Part shown: in pieces, positions 52,772 to 62,987 of the stretch
Numbering within the stretch: position 1 is the stretch's first letter
Layout: each line of letters begins with the position of its first letter
Source: an uncultured Ruminococcus sp.
Lineage (GTDB): Bacteria; Bacillota; Clostridia; Oscillospirales; Ruminococcaceae
Assembly: GCA_964540575.1 (NCBI GenBank)
Contig: CAZINI010000010.1
Span: 42-64,041 of the forward strand
Direction of reading: 5' to 3'
DNA: 64,000 nucleotides
The notes under the pieces: model-generated
Told to the model about the DNA's origin: nothing
Databases searched by the model: none
The model's input: only the letters and a program-made list of their open reading frames with translations
Position numbers and translations under genes: made by a program

Positions 52772-55700
52772 CCGAATATATAAACAAGGAATTTTACAAG
52801 GAAATACCCGCTGATGAACGTCACTACATTAACCTTTCCGCAAGCAATATAAGTGCGGTTATGGACAGGCTGAACGCCGAGGGTATTCCTTTTTCGGCTA
52901 CTCTTAATAACTACAAAAATGTTATCACCGTAAGAAAATCCGACAGTGAGAGGGCTAATGCTATTGTAAGCGAGCTTACTCCAAAGAAAAGCTCCGACAT
53001 TCGCATTATCGGGAACACAGACTATCGTTACATTTCCGACAAGCGGTATATAAATATGGACTCAGACACGGCGTTAAAGGTTGCAGCTATACTGTCGGGA
53101 GATAGCAACAGCCGTTTTTCGGGACGTATTGTCGGCGATAAGGCTACTATTACCGTAAGCGGTGACAAAAATGCCGTAAATGTTCGCAGAATTGCTGACA
53201 ATATAAAGAATGCCGACCTGCTTTCCGAGCTTGACAAAGCGGGCTTTGAACGTGTGAACATTGATAACGGTTTTGTTAATTTCCGCAACAGATATACGGG
53301 AAATATTGAGGGCTTTGATAGCCTTGATATGGTACGGGAAATGTTTGAGGATAAAGACAATGAATTTTTCCACCCGACCGCATACCGTATCGCACTGTCC
53401 TCAGATGCATATGAGGACGAATACTATATTTCCTGTTATGACAATACCACAGGAGAGGAAAAAGAGCCGTATTTTGACAACAATGGTGCGGTTACATATA
53501 TGCCTACATTCAGAACTGTTGATGCAGCTCTTGATTATGCTGTATCGGAGAATATAACACTCAGCAATTCAAATGATGAGCTTGAAAAGTGGAGAGCAGC
53601 GGAAGCCGAACGTGACAACGAGCAGATAGCCGAAGAAAACAGAAGTCTTATTGCCGATTTTCCTATGCAAGACGGACTTTATCCCGACCAGTTCAGATAT
53701 AATCCCGATGATAACAGCTTTATGTGGACATATTTCAATCCCGATGGTGACAACGGTCGGGGAATATTTGTCGAGAAGCATATTTCCGAGCAGGATATAT
53801 ATGCTGCACATACTGCTATGATTTCAGCGGAAAATGAAGCCGAGGGGCAAAGTGCTTTTATCAATTACATTTTGGAAAACTGCCGTGAAGCAGTTATTGA
53901 TACTTACAGCGGATATTTTGAGGGGTATGCGAACGACTATATCAACAAACCCGAAGCTGTTGTTGAGTATTACGGTATCGGTGCAAACAACAGTCATATC
54001 GAGGACATAACTGCACTTATTTCCCGTATGGAGGACTGCTGTGCCAAGATAAAAAAAGAACAGCTTGAAGCAGCTGCTCTAACCGATGAAACGGAAAAAT
54101 TATCCGATCAGCTTGTTGAAATAACGGACGGTATTGTAAAAAGTCAGGAAGAATTTACTGAGTGCATAAGTACGGGAAACTATGAGGGTGCATCGGCTGC
54201 CGCTTCCAAGCTTGCCGAACTGAGCCGCAGGGCAGAGCAGATAAAGGCGATGATACAGGCAGAAGCTATTACAACAGATGATGTCGATGTGCTGCGGAAT
54301 ATAAAGCCCGAAAGGAAATCCGTGCAGAATATGCTTGAAACCGAGGTTGCTCAGACACCAAAGTTTGAAAAGCTTCTTGGCGAGGAATTCGGGGAGAAGT
54401 CTGCCTATGTGATGAGAAACAGTGATAATGAGTGGAGAAATGACGAGTCAAAAACGGCGGTCGTTGTTGAGGTTCAGAAGCGGGATATTCCCGTTCACCC
54501 GGCGGAGCTTCAAAGGAAAGGCAACGATATTCCCAGAGGAATTTTTGTTAATCGAGATACCGGTATTGAAATACAATTTAGCAGACGTTCCATTGAGGAA
54601 ATAGTTGCAAAAGCTATACATGATGACAAGAGAGATACTCCTGTTGAAGCACGAATGGCTGCTCTTTATCAGATGCAGGATTTAATTGAAAATGCAATTT
54701 GTTTTGATAGTCAGCTATCCGAACCAAGTAATTCAAAAAAATCGGACAGTACTTTGTTTATCCATAGAATGTACGGATTAATAATCTACGATAATGAACA
54801 ATACCTGGCGAATTTGGCTATTGAGGAAACATATTCGACTGATAGAGAGAACCGATTTAGGGATACCAATAATCGACTGTATTCTTTTAGAGATATAAAA
54901 ATAACACCAACGAAGCTATTGGGCGGTCAAGCCCACGCAGACTTGCAAAATGCAAGCGAGGATACTTCGTTAGGTGTTACTACAATAAGTATACCACAGC
55001 TTTATGATATTGTCAAGACCAATGACCAAAGATTTTTTGAAAATCCATCAGCCCCGGGACGTGCCGACAGAGAAGCCGAGATAAAGGCACAGTCTGAGTA
55101 TCGGAATGCTGTTGAGAAATATAACGCATATATTCTGACCGCCGACAGCGAAGAAATAGAAATTGACGGTCAGGAAGGTACTTGGTATGTTATCGATACG
55201 CAGACCATAGGCGGCAAAGAACTTTTTCTTTTGGAAAGCGAGATATACGGTGATGAAGCTGCCTGCCTTATCGTTGACGGAAACAGAAATATCGTTATGG
55301 ATAATGTTTATAACGGCTTTGAGGATTATATTGAAGAAAATGCCGTTCCCGACGAGCAGATTATAATATCCGGCGAAGTCGCTTCGGAAATGTGGTATTA
55401 CGGCTTTGACGTTTATGTAAATGGGGAAAAACTTGATAAATTTGATGATGTTTCCGATAAAAGCGGGATGTTCGGGAGGCTGGAGGATAAGGAAAATAGC
55501 ATATCCGCAGCTGTTAATGACGTTACCCTTTACCACAATGCCGAAGCTATTGCAAGTGCTGTTTTTGATATATCCAAAAAGTATTATAATGCTCCGAAAA
55601 GTGCAGGAACGCCGTATTATCTCAATCTTGAAAAATATCACGAGGATAATGATTGGGAGAATTGGCGTAAAGATGAAAACGAGTATGCCAACACAATGTT

Positions 55701-58700
55701 TGCACTTCTGGAGAGAAGCTATCCTTCGGTTGAAAATTACCTGATAAATGTAGTAAGTGACAGCAAGAACAGGGAAGATATGGCAGAGGACAGAGAAGCT
55801 GCACTAAAGGCTTTGCAGACCATTGAAGTGTTTAAGATTGGAATGGAAGAATTTCGTCCTATACATTTTGAACCTGTTGAGGAAACAAGCTATGCAGAGC
55901 AGCTTTATACAAGAGTAAATGACGAATACAGCTATTTTATCGGTCAGATAAAAAATGAAAGCCCTGATGTGCTTGTTCGTTCGGCTGCGGAAATAGCGGA
56001 TAAGGAAAAGATTACACAGTATATTATGGAGGGGACTGTTTCTCTTTTAGATAAACAGTATGAAGCTTTGCTGTCAAGACCAAATCCGCTTGATGAAATT
56101 TATGAGCAGTGGGTGCAAAACGGCGAACTGAGCAGCTTTGAAGATGTTGGTATCGCACTTGAAGAAGCAGCCGACCGTATTCTTGTTTCCCTTGACCGTG
56201 AAAACTCACGTTCCGAGGAAAAGGTCAATGCCGTACTTGCAGTTTCGCAGAATGATACTAGCAGATATTATGCTGCAAATAATGTTTCCGTTGATGATGT
56301 GAGAGAAGTTATTAAACACTCAGATATGCTGTTTATCGACCTTTGTGCACTTGGTGAAAAGCAGATAACGGAAGCTCAGTTTGCGGAGTATTCACAGAGA
56401 AACGGTGTTACTGCTGTTGATGTGGATATTGACGAGCAGACTATGCACGTTTACGGTGCGGATAAGCCTATTATTTCATTTGATGAAATAAAGGTGGATT
56501 TTGATGAAATAGCAAAGGCACTTGACCTTAAAAACAACACTATTACATTTTCTGTTGTTGCCATTGAAGGAGAAAAGCCCTTTATTATTGGCAGTTATAT
56601 CGACAAGGACGATATTACCGCACTCGAAGAATATCAGGATTATATCTATGATACGGGAAGAAAGAATATTGATGTTACCGTTGATTATTATACGATAGGT
56701 ATGGGAGATAATGAGTCGTATGGTGCCGATACCGATGAAAGGGACTATATTTTCGAACACCTTGATGAAGTGCTGAAATATAAATATACCGATCACCTTG
56801 AATCGGAAACATATTTTATTGCGACTCCCGCAGAACTGCTGGAAGAAATCAGCGGCGAAGCAGAAGAAAAGAACTATTTATTCACTGTTGCAGAATTTGA
56901 GGACGGCAGCAGATATGTTATCCCCGGTAAAATCGATGATAATAACATTAAGGAAACGGCAGCTTGGACGGAAGTTAAGAACAACAATTTTGACGTTGAC
57001 CGTATTACAGATCTTGACGAAGATATACGGGTGACATATACGGTATATCAGACAGGCAGCGGAGAAACCGTTTTGCCGACAGACGAGGAAACAGCAAGGA
57101 TCGAAGCTGCTCTTGATGAAATCTTATCCGATGCGGTTATGGTGACTTCTTTTGATTCATCTGTACGTCCTTGGGAAGATGTTGATGATGTCATTTTCAA
57201 AATGGAAGAAGTATGGAAAGAACGTCACGCAAAGGAAATGAATGTTTCCGATGGTTTTGACAACAGTAATTTCCTTTATCCCAATAATCTGATGAAAATC
57301 GCACACGACAGCGAGGGAAAAGACCATTATAATTTCGACGACGATGCTATCTTGCAGATAAAGCTTGCAGGAAGTGAATGGCTGCACCCTGTTGACGCTG
57401 CTGTTGAAATGAACCGCAGAGGTGTTGACATTAATGACATTGAAATGCTAAATGTGCGATATGTTTCCTCCGATGGTACTGTCGGAGAAAAGGATGTAAC
57501 TCCCGAACAATATATAGTTTACCTTGCTCACAGCGAAGAACGAACAAATGCTTTTCTGGCTGCGGTCGATGCAGCAGAGGAGCGGAAAAAGGTTCCCGAA
57601 GCAATGATGAATATCATTTATGATGATATGCCGTCATTTGTCAAGAGTGCTGTTGCTTGGGACGAGCTTATGGAATATGACGGTATATCGGAACAATTTG
57701 ATAAGGGTGAAGATCCCGTTGCGGTGGTAAAGCCTTATCTTGCAAATAATGGCACATTCTCTTGGAACGCAGATGAGCTGAAAAACGGATATTTTGATTG
57801 GTCTGTAAAGGATAATGGTGATACGGCAGATATTTCAATTTCCGTAAATGACAGCGACACGTTCAGAGAGAAGTATAATTCTCATTTTGAAGTGCCTTGG
57901 ACTGAACTTGCAGACGCATTTAAAAAGCGAATAGATCAGGAGATAAACTACAATAAAATCTCTGACGGAACGATTACTGTAACTGCCGTAGGTGAGGATA
58001 GGTTCAGATTTGTTGACAGAAGCAGAAATACGGAAGCGATTGAAAGCCGTGAACAGTTGATTGAACGTTTTACAGAAATGTTCAATAAAGCTGATTTGAA
58101 CGGTATCATTAGGTCTGTTATTGAGGAAGCTAAATTTGAAAAGATTGAAGTTGATAATAATTCCCCGGTGGGGAATTTGGACGGCGATGAGGAAAAGCAG
58201 ATAATTGACCTTTCCAAACTTTCAAAAATCACTCTTAATGATGAATATGAACGTGGAACGGATCAGCCCGATGATTTCCAATACATAAAAAATACTATCA
58301 CATTCAGCGACCTTAATTCGTCATTTCTTATACGCAGAAACAAGGAATTTACATATGACTATGATGTTCTGCCCGACCTTGACGAGGGTGATACATTCAT
58401 CACAAGACAGGGTATGCTAAAAGAAGTGCGGGATTTTCTGGAAGCAGCAAAAAGCGATTCGGATAAATCCATTTCCATTACCGATATGAACGGTAATACT
58501 ACTGTTCTGAAAGGCAGTCAATACGTCTTTGAAGCAACAGAGGACAGGCTTGCATTTATGATACCCGAGGTTGGCTATGCGGAAATGTTTGAACGTGATG
58601 ATGACAGCTATGATTACACGATTTATGACAGCGATTTCAAAGTTACAGACAGCGGAGTTTACGATGACGTAAGCATTACTCTACGTCAGGCATTTACTAT

Positions 58701-61700
58701 TATTTTAGAAGATGCAGGGTATGATATTGACAGATGCGAGCCTATGGATTTTGAAGAACTGCACAGCCGAATAGATGAAAAGTCTGAAAAGGCTATCAAA
58801 AACGGAACGCACATTAGTCCCAAAGAAAGAGCCGAGCAGGATAATACGCCAAAATATGAGATATACCAGATACCCGCAGGCGAACGCTATCACGATATTC
58901 GCTTTACAAGCTATGACCTTTTGGAAAAATGGGGACAGCTGCCCGATCGTCTTAATTATGAAAAGGTGTACAGCGGCAGGCTTGATGATATTGAATATGA
59001 TAATAAGCCGGAGGGCATATTCATCAAATTCAATACCGAACGTCCCGAAGATTTTGCGGGGCATTCTCTGAGCACTTCCGACGTTATTGTTATCGAGGAC
59101 GAAAAGGGTAAATCTGCGTATTTCGTTGACGATGTTGGATTTAGGGACATTACAGATATTTTCCTTGAACTTGACCGTGCACAGAACAAACCTCTTGAGG
59201 AGGAAAATTCCATAGAAAATGAAGCGGAGTACTTAAATACTGTCGAATTAGAATGGAAGGCATTGCCCGAATCTATTGACGAAGAAACAGGCAAGCCATC
59301 AATTTGGTCAACTGAGATAAATTCCGAAAGATATGGGAGATATTTATGGATAAGTAAGAATGAAAATAATACATATGATGTCGAGTATGATGCAGGCGAC
59401 AGAATTATTCCCGTATCATCGGAAAGTATCGGATTTTATTCATTGTCTGCTGCCAAAGATTGGGTTGATTATGAATTAGCTGACCCCGAAAAAGAAAATT
59501 CCCCGGTGGGGAAAAATTCCCCGATGGGGAATTATGAAAACGCCAATAGCTATGAACCGAAAATCGGTGACTTTATCGAGTATCAGGATAAACTTTTTAA
59601 AGTTGCAGACGTTGGCAGCGGAACTGTTACCTTGCAGACCGCAGACACTCTTATCCCCGAAACAACGGTGGTATCTGTTACCGACCTTATTACAAGCGAC
59701 AGTCTGACCGTTATCGAGGAAAACGGAAAGCCTGCTCACATTACGCAAACAGTAGCCGAGCAGCCTGCCGAGAATAATCCAAAATCACGGAATTTTGTTA
59801 TCACAGACGAGAATTTTGGTGTTTCGGGCGGTGCAAAAACGAGATATGCGGACAATGTTGCAGCTATTAAAACGTTGAAAGCGATCGAAGCGGAAAACCG
59901 CACGGCTACCCCCGAAGAACAGCAGATATTGTCAAAATACACGGGCTGGGGAGCAATACCGCAGGCATTTGACATTAACAATGACAAGTGGCGTACAGAG
60001 TATGCGGAACTCCGCACTTTGCTCACACCCGAAGAATACGCTGCTGCCAGAAGGTCAACGATGAACGCACACTACACCTCTCCCACAGTTATTTCGGCAA
60101 TTTATGAGGGACTGAAAAATCTCGGATTTGAAGGTGGAAAAATCCTTGAGCCTGCTGTCGGAATAGGAAACTTTTTTGGAGCAATGCCCGAGGAAATGCG
60201 TAACAGCAAGCTGTTCGGCGTTGAGCTGGACAGTCTTACGGGACGTATTGCACAGCAGCTTTATCCCGAAGCTGATATTCAGATAAAGGGCTTTGAGCAG
60301 ACAGCATTTGCGGACAACAGCTTTGATGTTGCTATCGGCAATGTGCCTTTTGGCGATTACAAGCTGAATGACCGCCGATACAATGAAAACAATTTCCTGA
60401 TTCACGACTACTTTTTCGCAAAGGCTTTGGACAAAGTTCACCCCGGCGGCGTTGTTGCATTTGTGACTTCAAAGGGTACGCTTGACAAGGAAAATCCCGA
60501 AGTCAGAAAGTACATTGCACAGAGAGCGGAACTGCTGGGTGCAATACGTCTGCCTAACAATGCTTTCAAGGCAAATGCAGGCACGGAAGTTACTTCCGAC
60601 ATAATCTTTTTGCAGAAGAGAGAACGTCCGATTGAAATCAATCCCGATGAGGTGGAATGGCTGAAAAAGGCTGAAACTCCCGATGGTTTTTCCGTGAATA
60701 ATTACTTTGTGCAGCACCCTGAAATGGTGCTTGGCACAATTGCAGAAGCGAAGCATATTTACGAACCGACCGAAAACACTCAGGTACTTCCAATTGAGGG
60801 AGCAGACCTTAAACAGCAGCTTTCGGAAGCAATGAGGAATATTCAAGGAAAGTATAGAGCTTCGGAAAAAGAAACAGCTCTTCAGAATGTGGACGAAATC
60901 CCAGCTCCGGCTAATTCCCGAAAGTACAGTTTTTATGCTGTTGACGGAAATCTCTATTACAGAGAAGCCGGGGACACTATGAAAAAGGTGAACGTGTCGA
61001 AAGATACACTTAGCCGTGCGATAGGTATGATAGAGCTTCGTGATAATGTTCGTGAACTGCTTGATTTACAGCTGAATAATGCGGACGGCAGTCTTGACTT
61101 TGATATTTCCGAAAGCAGAAAAAAGCTGAATAATGCCTATGACAGCTTTGTTGCTAAGTATGGCAATGTAAGCGATAAGAAAAATGCAAAGGCAATGCAG
61201 GGCGATGACGGCTACAATATCGTTTCTGCTCTTGAAGTTAAGGACGAAAAGGGCAATGTTACGGGCAAAGCGGACATTTTTACTCAGAACACCGTAAAGC
61301 CTAAAATCATTGCGACACACGTTGATACTGCCGAGGAAGCACTTATTCTATCTGTTGCCGAAAAAGCAAAGGTGGATTTTGAGTATATGACAGAACTTTG
61401 CGGTATGGATAAAAATACTCTTATTTCCGAATTGTCGGGACAGATATACCGTCTGCCGCAGGAAAAAGAAAAATATGTGACCGCAGACGAGTATCTTACG
61501 GGAAATATCCGCAAGAAGCTCCGTGAGCTGGAGAATGTACCCGAGGGTATGGACGTTTCCGAGAACAGAAAGGCACTTGAAGCGGCTATGCCACCGAGAG
61601 TTGAAGCAAAGGATATTTCCGTAAAGCTGGGTGCACATTGGATAGACCCTAAATATATCGAGGATTTCATAAAAGAAAAATTCAATCCCGATTATGATAC

Positions 61701-62949
61701 AAGGAGAAATATGAGTGTGCAGTACAGTGCAGTTGCGGGAACGTGGAAAATCGAAGATGTAAAGCCATCTGCGAAGAAAAACTATTATTGTACACATACA
61801 TACGGAACTCAAAGAATGCACGCATATGCGATACTCGAAGCTATCCTTAACAACGGCGATATACAAGTAAAAGACCGTGTTAAGGACGAATACGGCAATG
61901 ATATGCGGGATATGAACGGCAAGTATATCCTTGTAGTCAATGACGAGGAAACAAAAGCAGCCCGCCGATGTGCTAATGTGATTAAGGCGGAATTTGAGGA
62001 TTGGATATTCAGAGATCCCGACCGCCGTGAAGCATTGGTGCAGAAGTACAATGAGGTGTACAATTCTATCCGTCACAGAGAATATGACGGTTCTCATTTG
62101 AGTTTTGTGGGTATGAACACGGGTATTACTCTTAAGGAACACCAGAAAAACGCTGTTGCAAGAGGACTTTACGGAGGAAATTGCTTGCTTGCTCACGCCG
62201 TTGGTGCAGGAAAGACGTATGAGATGATAGCGATCGCAATGGAGGGCAAGAGGCTTGGTTTGCATAACAAGTGCTTGTTTGCTGTTCCCAATGCGTTGAC
62301 CGAGCAGATCGGCAATGATTTCCGCAAGCTGTATCCAAATGCACATATCCTTGTGGCAACACAGAAGGATTTTGAAAGAGAAAATAGGTTGCAGCTTTTG
62401 GGAAAAATAGCAGCAAACGATTGGGATGCGGTTATTGTGGGACATTCGCAGTTTGACCGTATGGGCTTATCTCCCGAAAGAGAAAGAGCTTACCTTGTTG
62501 CAGAGGTCAACAAACTGCGACGTGAACTTGAAATGGCTGCTGCCGAGAGCGGCGGAAAAAAGAGCTTTACCGTTAAGCAGATAGAAAAATCTCTTGCAAG
62601 CTATGAGGACAAGCTGGCGAAGTTGAGTGATGCACAGGTCAAGGACGGTTTTATCGACTTTGAGCAGCTGGGCTTTGACAAGATTTTCGTGGACGAAAGT
62701 CATATGTACAAAAATCTCGCAACGGCAACGAAAATGCACAATGTGTCGGGTCTTGGAAGTCAGGGTTCGGCTAGAGCATTTAATCTGTTGATGAAATCAA
62801 GGTATCTTGATGAGCTTACCGGGGGAAGGGGCTTAACTTTCGCCAGTGGAACGCCCATAATCACAGGGTATCTACGGTCAGAAATGCCGATTTTACGTTG
62901 TTTAAAGCAAATGAGCATCACGGACGAAAGTGATGCTCATTTTTTATAA
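52768..62949 (+). CDS. giant polyvalent protein (at least 3393 aa): N-terminal modules + N6-adenine DNA methyltransferase + SNF2/DEAD helicase N-lobe; 3' part replaced
   Basis: One uninterrupted ORF with an ATGA start overlap. MTase motif I ILEPAVGIGNFFG (about 60143) and motif IV GNVPFGDY (about 60338). Helicase Walker A AHAVGAGKTYEM (about 62190) and DEAH-type VDESHMYKN (about 62689). Family-like sequence stops after FASGTPI (about 62859). The last about 30 codons are unrelated and end in a terminator hairpin, and no helicase C-lobe is present. Confidence 0.85.
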   Translation: MTEYINKEFYKEIPADERHYINLSASNISAVMDRLNAEGIPFSATLNNYKNVITVRKSDSERANAIVSELTPKKSSDIRIIGNTDYRYISDKRYINMDSDTALKVAAILSGDSNSRFSGRIVGDKATITVSGDKNAVNVRRIADNIKNADLLSELDKAGFERVNIDNGFVNFRNRYTGNIEGFDSLDMVREMFEDKDNEFFHPTAYRIALSSDAYEDEYYISCYDNTTGEEKEPYFDNNGAVTYMPTFRTVDAALDYAVSENITLSNSNDELEKWRAAEAERDNEQIAEENRSLIADFPMQDGLYPDQFRYNPDDNSFMWTYFNPDGDNGRGIFVEKHISEQDIYAAHTAMISAENEAEGQSAFINYILENCREAVIDTYSGYFEGYANDYINKPEAVVEYYGIGANNSHIEDITALISRMEDCCAKIKKEQLEAAALTDETEKLSDQLVEITDGIVKSQEEFTECISTGNYEGASAAASKLAELSRRAEQIKAMIQAEAITTDDVDVLRNIKPERKSVQNMLETEVAQTPKFEKLLGEEFGEKSAYVMRNSDNEWRNDESKTAVVVEVQKRDIPVHPAELQRKGNDIPRGIFVNRDTGIEIQFSRRSIEEIVAKAIHDDKRDTPVEARMAALYQMQDLIENAICFDSQLSEPSNSKKSDSTLFIHRMYGLIIYDNEQYLANLAIEETYSTDRENRFRDTNNRLYSFRDIKITPTKLLGGQAHADLQNASEDTSLGVTTISIPQLYDIVKTNDQRFFENPSAPGRADREAEIKAQSEYRNAVEKYNAYILTADSEEIEIDGQEGTWYVIDTQTIGGKELFLLESEIYGDEAACLIVDGNRNIVMDNVYNGFEDYIEENAVPDEQIIISGEVASEMWYYGFDVYVNGEKLDKFDDVSDKSGMFGRLEDKENSISAAVNDVTLYHNAEAIASAVFDISKKYYNAPKSAGTPYYLNLEKYHEDNDWENWRKDENEYANTMFALLERSYPSVENYLINVVSDSKNREDMAEDREAALKALQTIEVFKIGMEEFRPIHFEPVEETSYAEQLYTRVNDEYSYFIGQIKNESPDVLVRSAAEIADKEKITQYIMEGTVSLLDKQYEALLSRPNPLDEIYEQWVQNGELSSFEDVGIALEEAADRILVSLDRENSRSEEKVNAVLAVSQNDTSRYYAANNVSVDDVREVIKHSDMLFIDLCALGEKQITEAQFAEYSQRNGVTAVDVDIDEQTMHVYGADKPIISFDEIKVDFDEIAKALDLKNNTITFSVVAIEGEKPFIIGSYIDKDDITALEEYQDYIYDTGRKNIDVTVDYYTIGMGDNESYGADTDERDYIFEHLDEVLKYKYTDHLESETYFIATPAELLEEISGEAEEKNYLFTVAEFEDGSRYVIPGKIDDNNIKETAAWTEVKNNNFDVDRITDLDEDIRVTYTVYQTGSGETVLPTDEETARIEAALDEILSDAVMVTSFDSSVRPWEDVDDVIFKMEEVWKERHAKEMNVSDGFDNSNFLYPNNLMKIAHDSEGKDHYNFDDDAILQIKLAGSEWLHPVDAAVEMNRRGVDINDIEMLNVRYVSSDGTVGEKDVTPEQYIVYLAHSEERTNAFLAAVDAAEERKKVPEAMMNIIYDDMPSFVKSAVAWDELMEYDGISEQFDKGEDPVAVVKPYLANNGTFSWNADELKNGYFDWSVKDNGDTADISISVNDSDTFREKYNSHFEVPWTELADAFKKRIDQEINYNKISDGTITVTAVGEDRFRFVDRSRNTEAIESREQLIERFTEMFNKADLNGIIRSVIEEAKFEKIEVDNNSPVGNLDGDEEKQIIDLSKLSKITLNDEYERGTDQPDDFQYIKNTITFSDLNSSFLIRRNKEFTYDYDVLPDLDEGDTFITRQGMLKEVRDFLEAAKSDSDKSISITDMNGNTTVLKGSQYVFEATEDRLAFMIPEVGYAEMFERDDDSYDYTIYDSDFKVTDSGVYDDVSITLRQAFTIILEDAGYDIDRCEPMDFEELHSRIDEKSEKAIKNGTHISPKERAEQDNTPKYEIYQIPAGERYHDIRFTSYDLLEKWGQLPDRLNYEKVYSGRLDDIEYDNKPEGIFIKFNTERPEDFAGHSLSTSDVIVIEDEKGKSAYFVDDVGFRDITDIFLELDRAQNKPLEEENSIENEAEYLNTVELEWKALPESIDEETGKPSIWSTEINSERYGRYLWISKNENNTYDVEYDAGDRIIPVSSESIGFYSLSAAKDWVDYELADPEKENSPVGKNSPMGNYENANSYEPKIGDFIEYQDKLFKVADVGSGTVTLQTADTLIPETTVVSVTDLITSDSLTVIEENGKPAHITQTVAEQPAENNPKSRNFVITDENFGVSGGAKTRYADNVAAIKTLKAIEAENRTATPEEQQILSKYTGWGAIPQAFDINNDKWRTEYAELRTLLTPEEYAAARRSTMNAHYTSPTVISAIYEGLKNLGFEGGKILEPAVGIGNFFGAMPEEMRNSKLFGVELDSLTGRIAQQLYPEADIQIKGFEQTAFADNSFDVAIGNVPFGDYKLNDRRYNENNFLIHDYFFAKALDKVHPGGVVAFVTSKGTLDKENPEVRKYIAQRAELLGAIRLPNNAFKANAGTEVTSDIIFLQKRERPIEINPDEVEWLKKAETPDGFSVNNYFVQHPEMVLGTIAEAKHIYEPTENTQVLPIEGADLKQQLSEAMRNIQGKYRASEKETALQNVDEIPAPANSRKYSFYAVDGNLYYREAGDTMKKVNVSKDTLSRAIGMIELRDNVRELLDLQLNNADGSLDFDISESRKKLNNAYDSFVAKYGNVSDKKNAKAMQGDDGYNIVSALEVKDEKGNVTGKADIFTQNTVKPKIIATHVDTAEEALILSVAEKAKVDFEYMTELCGMDKNTLISELSGQIYRLPQEKEKYVTADEYLTGNIRKKLRELENVPEGMDVSENRKALEAAMPPRVEAKDISVKLGAHWIDPKYIEDFIKEKFNPDYDTRRNMSVQYSAVAGTWKIEDVKPSAKKNYYCTHTYGTQRMHAYAILEAILNNGDIQVKDRVKDEYGNDMRDMNGKYILVVNDEETKAARRCANVIKAEFEDWIFRDPDRREALVQKYNEVYNSIRHREYDGSHLSFVGMNTGITLKEHQKNAVARGLYGGNCLLAHAVGAGKTYEMIAIAMEGKRLGLHNKCLFAVPNALTEQIGNDFRKLYPNAHILVATQKDFERENRLQLLGKIAANDWDAVIVGHSQFDRMGLSPERERAYLVAEVNKLRRELEMAAAESGGKKSFTVKQIEKSLASYEDKLAKLSDAQVKDGFIDFEQLGFDKIFVDESHMYKNLATATKMHNVSGLGSQGSARAFNLLMKSRYLDELTGGRGLTFASGTPIITGYLRSEMPILRCLKQMSITDESDAHFL
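58159..58177. repeat. palindrome copy P12 (AATTCCCC-GGT-GGGGAATT)
   Basis: Read directly. In frame in the giant ORF as NSPVGN. Confidence 0.95.
59497..59533. repeat. palindrome copy P13 (tandem, identical to P9)
   Basis: Read directly. In frame as NSPVGKNSPMGN, about 260 nt upstream of the start of the methyltransferase module. Confidence 0.95.
59791..60630 (+). other. N6-adenine DNA methyltransferase module of the giant ORF
   Basis: NFVITDENFGVSGGAKTRY ... ILEPAVGIGNFF ... FDVAIGNVPFGDYKL ... DIIFLQKRERP. Confidence 0.8.
62095..62859 (+). other. SNF2/DEAD helicase N-terminal lobe of the giant ORF (C-lobe missing)
   Basis: LKEHQKNAV ... GAGKTYEM ... VDESHMYKN ... FASGTPI, then loss of family-like sequence. 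Confidence 0.75.
62911..62945 (+). terminator. hairpin + T-run at the end of the truncated giant ORF
   Basis: ATGAGCATCAC / GTGATGCTCAT stem followed by TTTTT. Confidence 0.65.
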
Positions 62950-62987
62950 TTATCCAAAGCTGTTGCTTGTGTTTGTAAAAGCCTAAA

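Larger units (their letters stand above)
9288..62859. mobile_element. integrative conjugative element (at least 53.5 kb) with a plasmid-like replication/partition module
   Basis: Left end is a tRNA 3' fragment next to a tyrosine integrase. Carries xis, an XRE/BRO switch, Rep + iterons, MobC/relaxase, ParA/ParB, a complete Gram-positive T4SS, T4CP, TA pair, TopB, primase-like gene and a giant MTase/helicase. Visibly more AT-rich than the 1-9.2 kb flank. The right end is not defined inside the window. Confidence 0.85.

Noticed and set aside
61348-62445. 365-aa antisense ORF inside the giant gene. Similar long antisense ORFs occur at 45407-46129, 37028-37699, 34226-34780, 42027-42554, 55048-55641 and 13218-13757.
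   Set aside because: All lie opposite ORFs with clear family motifs (helicase, TopB, VirB6-like, VirD4, and so on). Their compositions are low-complexity or Cys/Phe-rich, as expected for antisense translation of AT-rich coding DNA.
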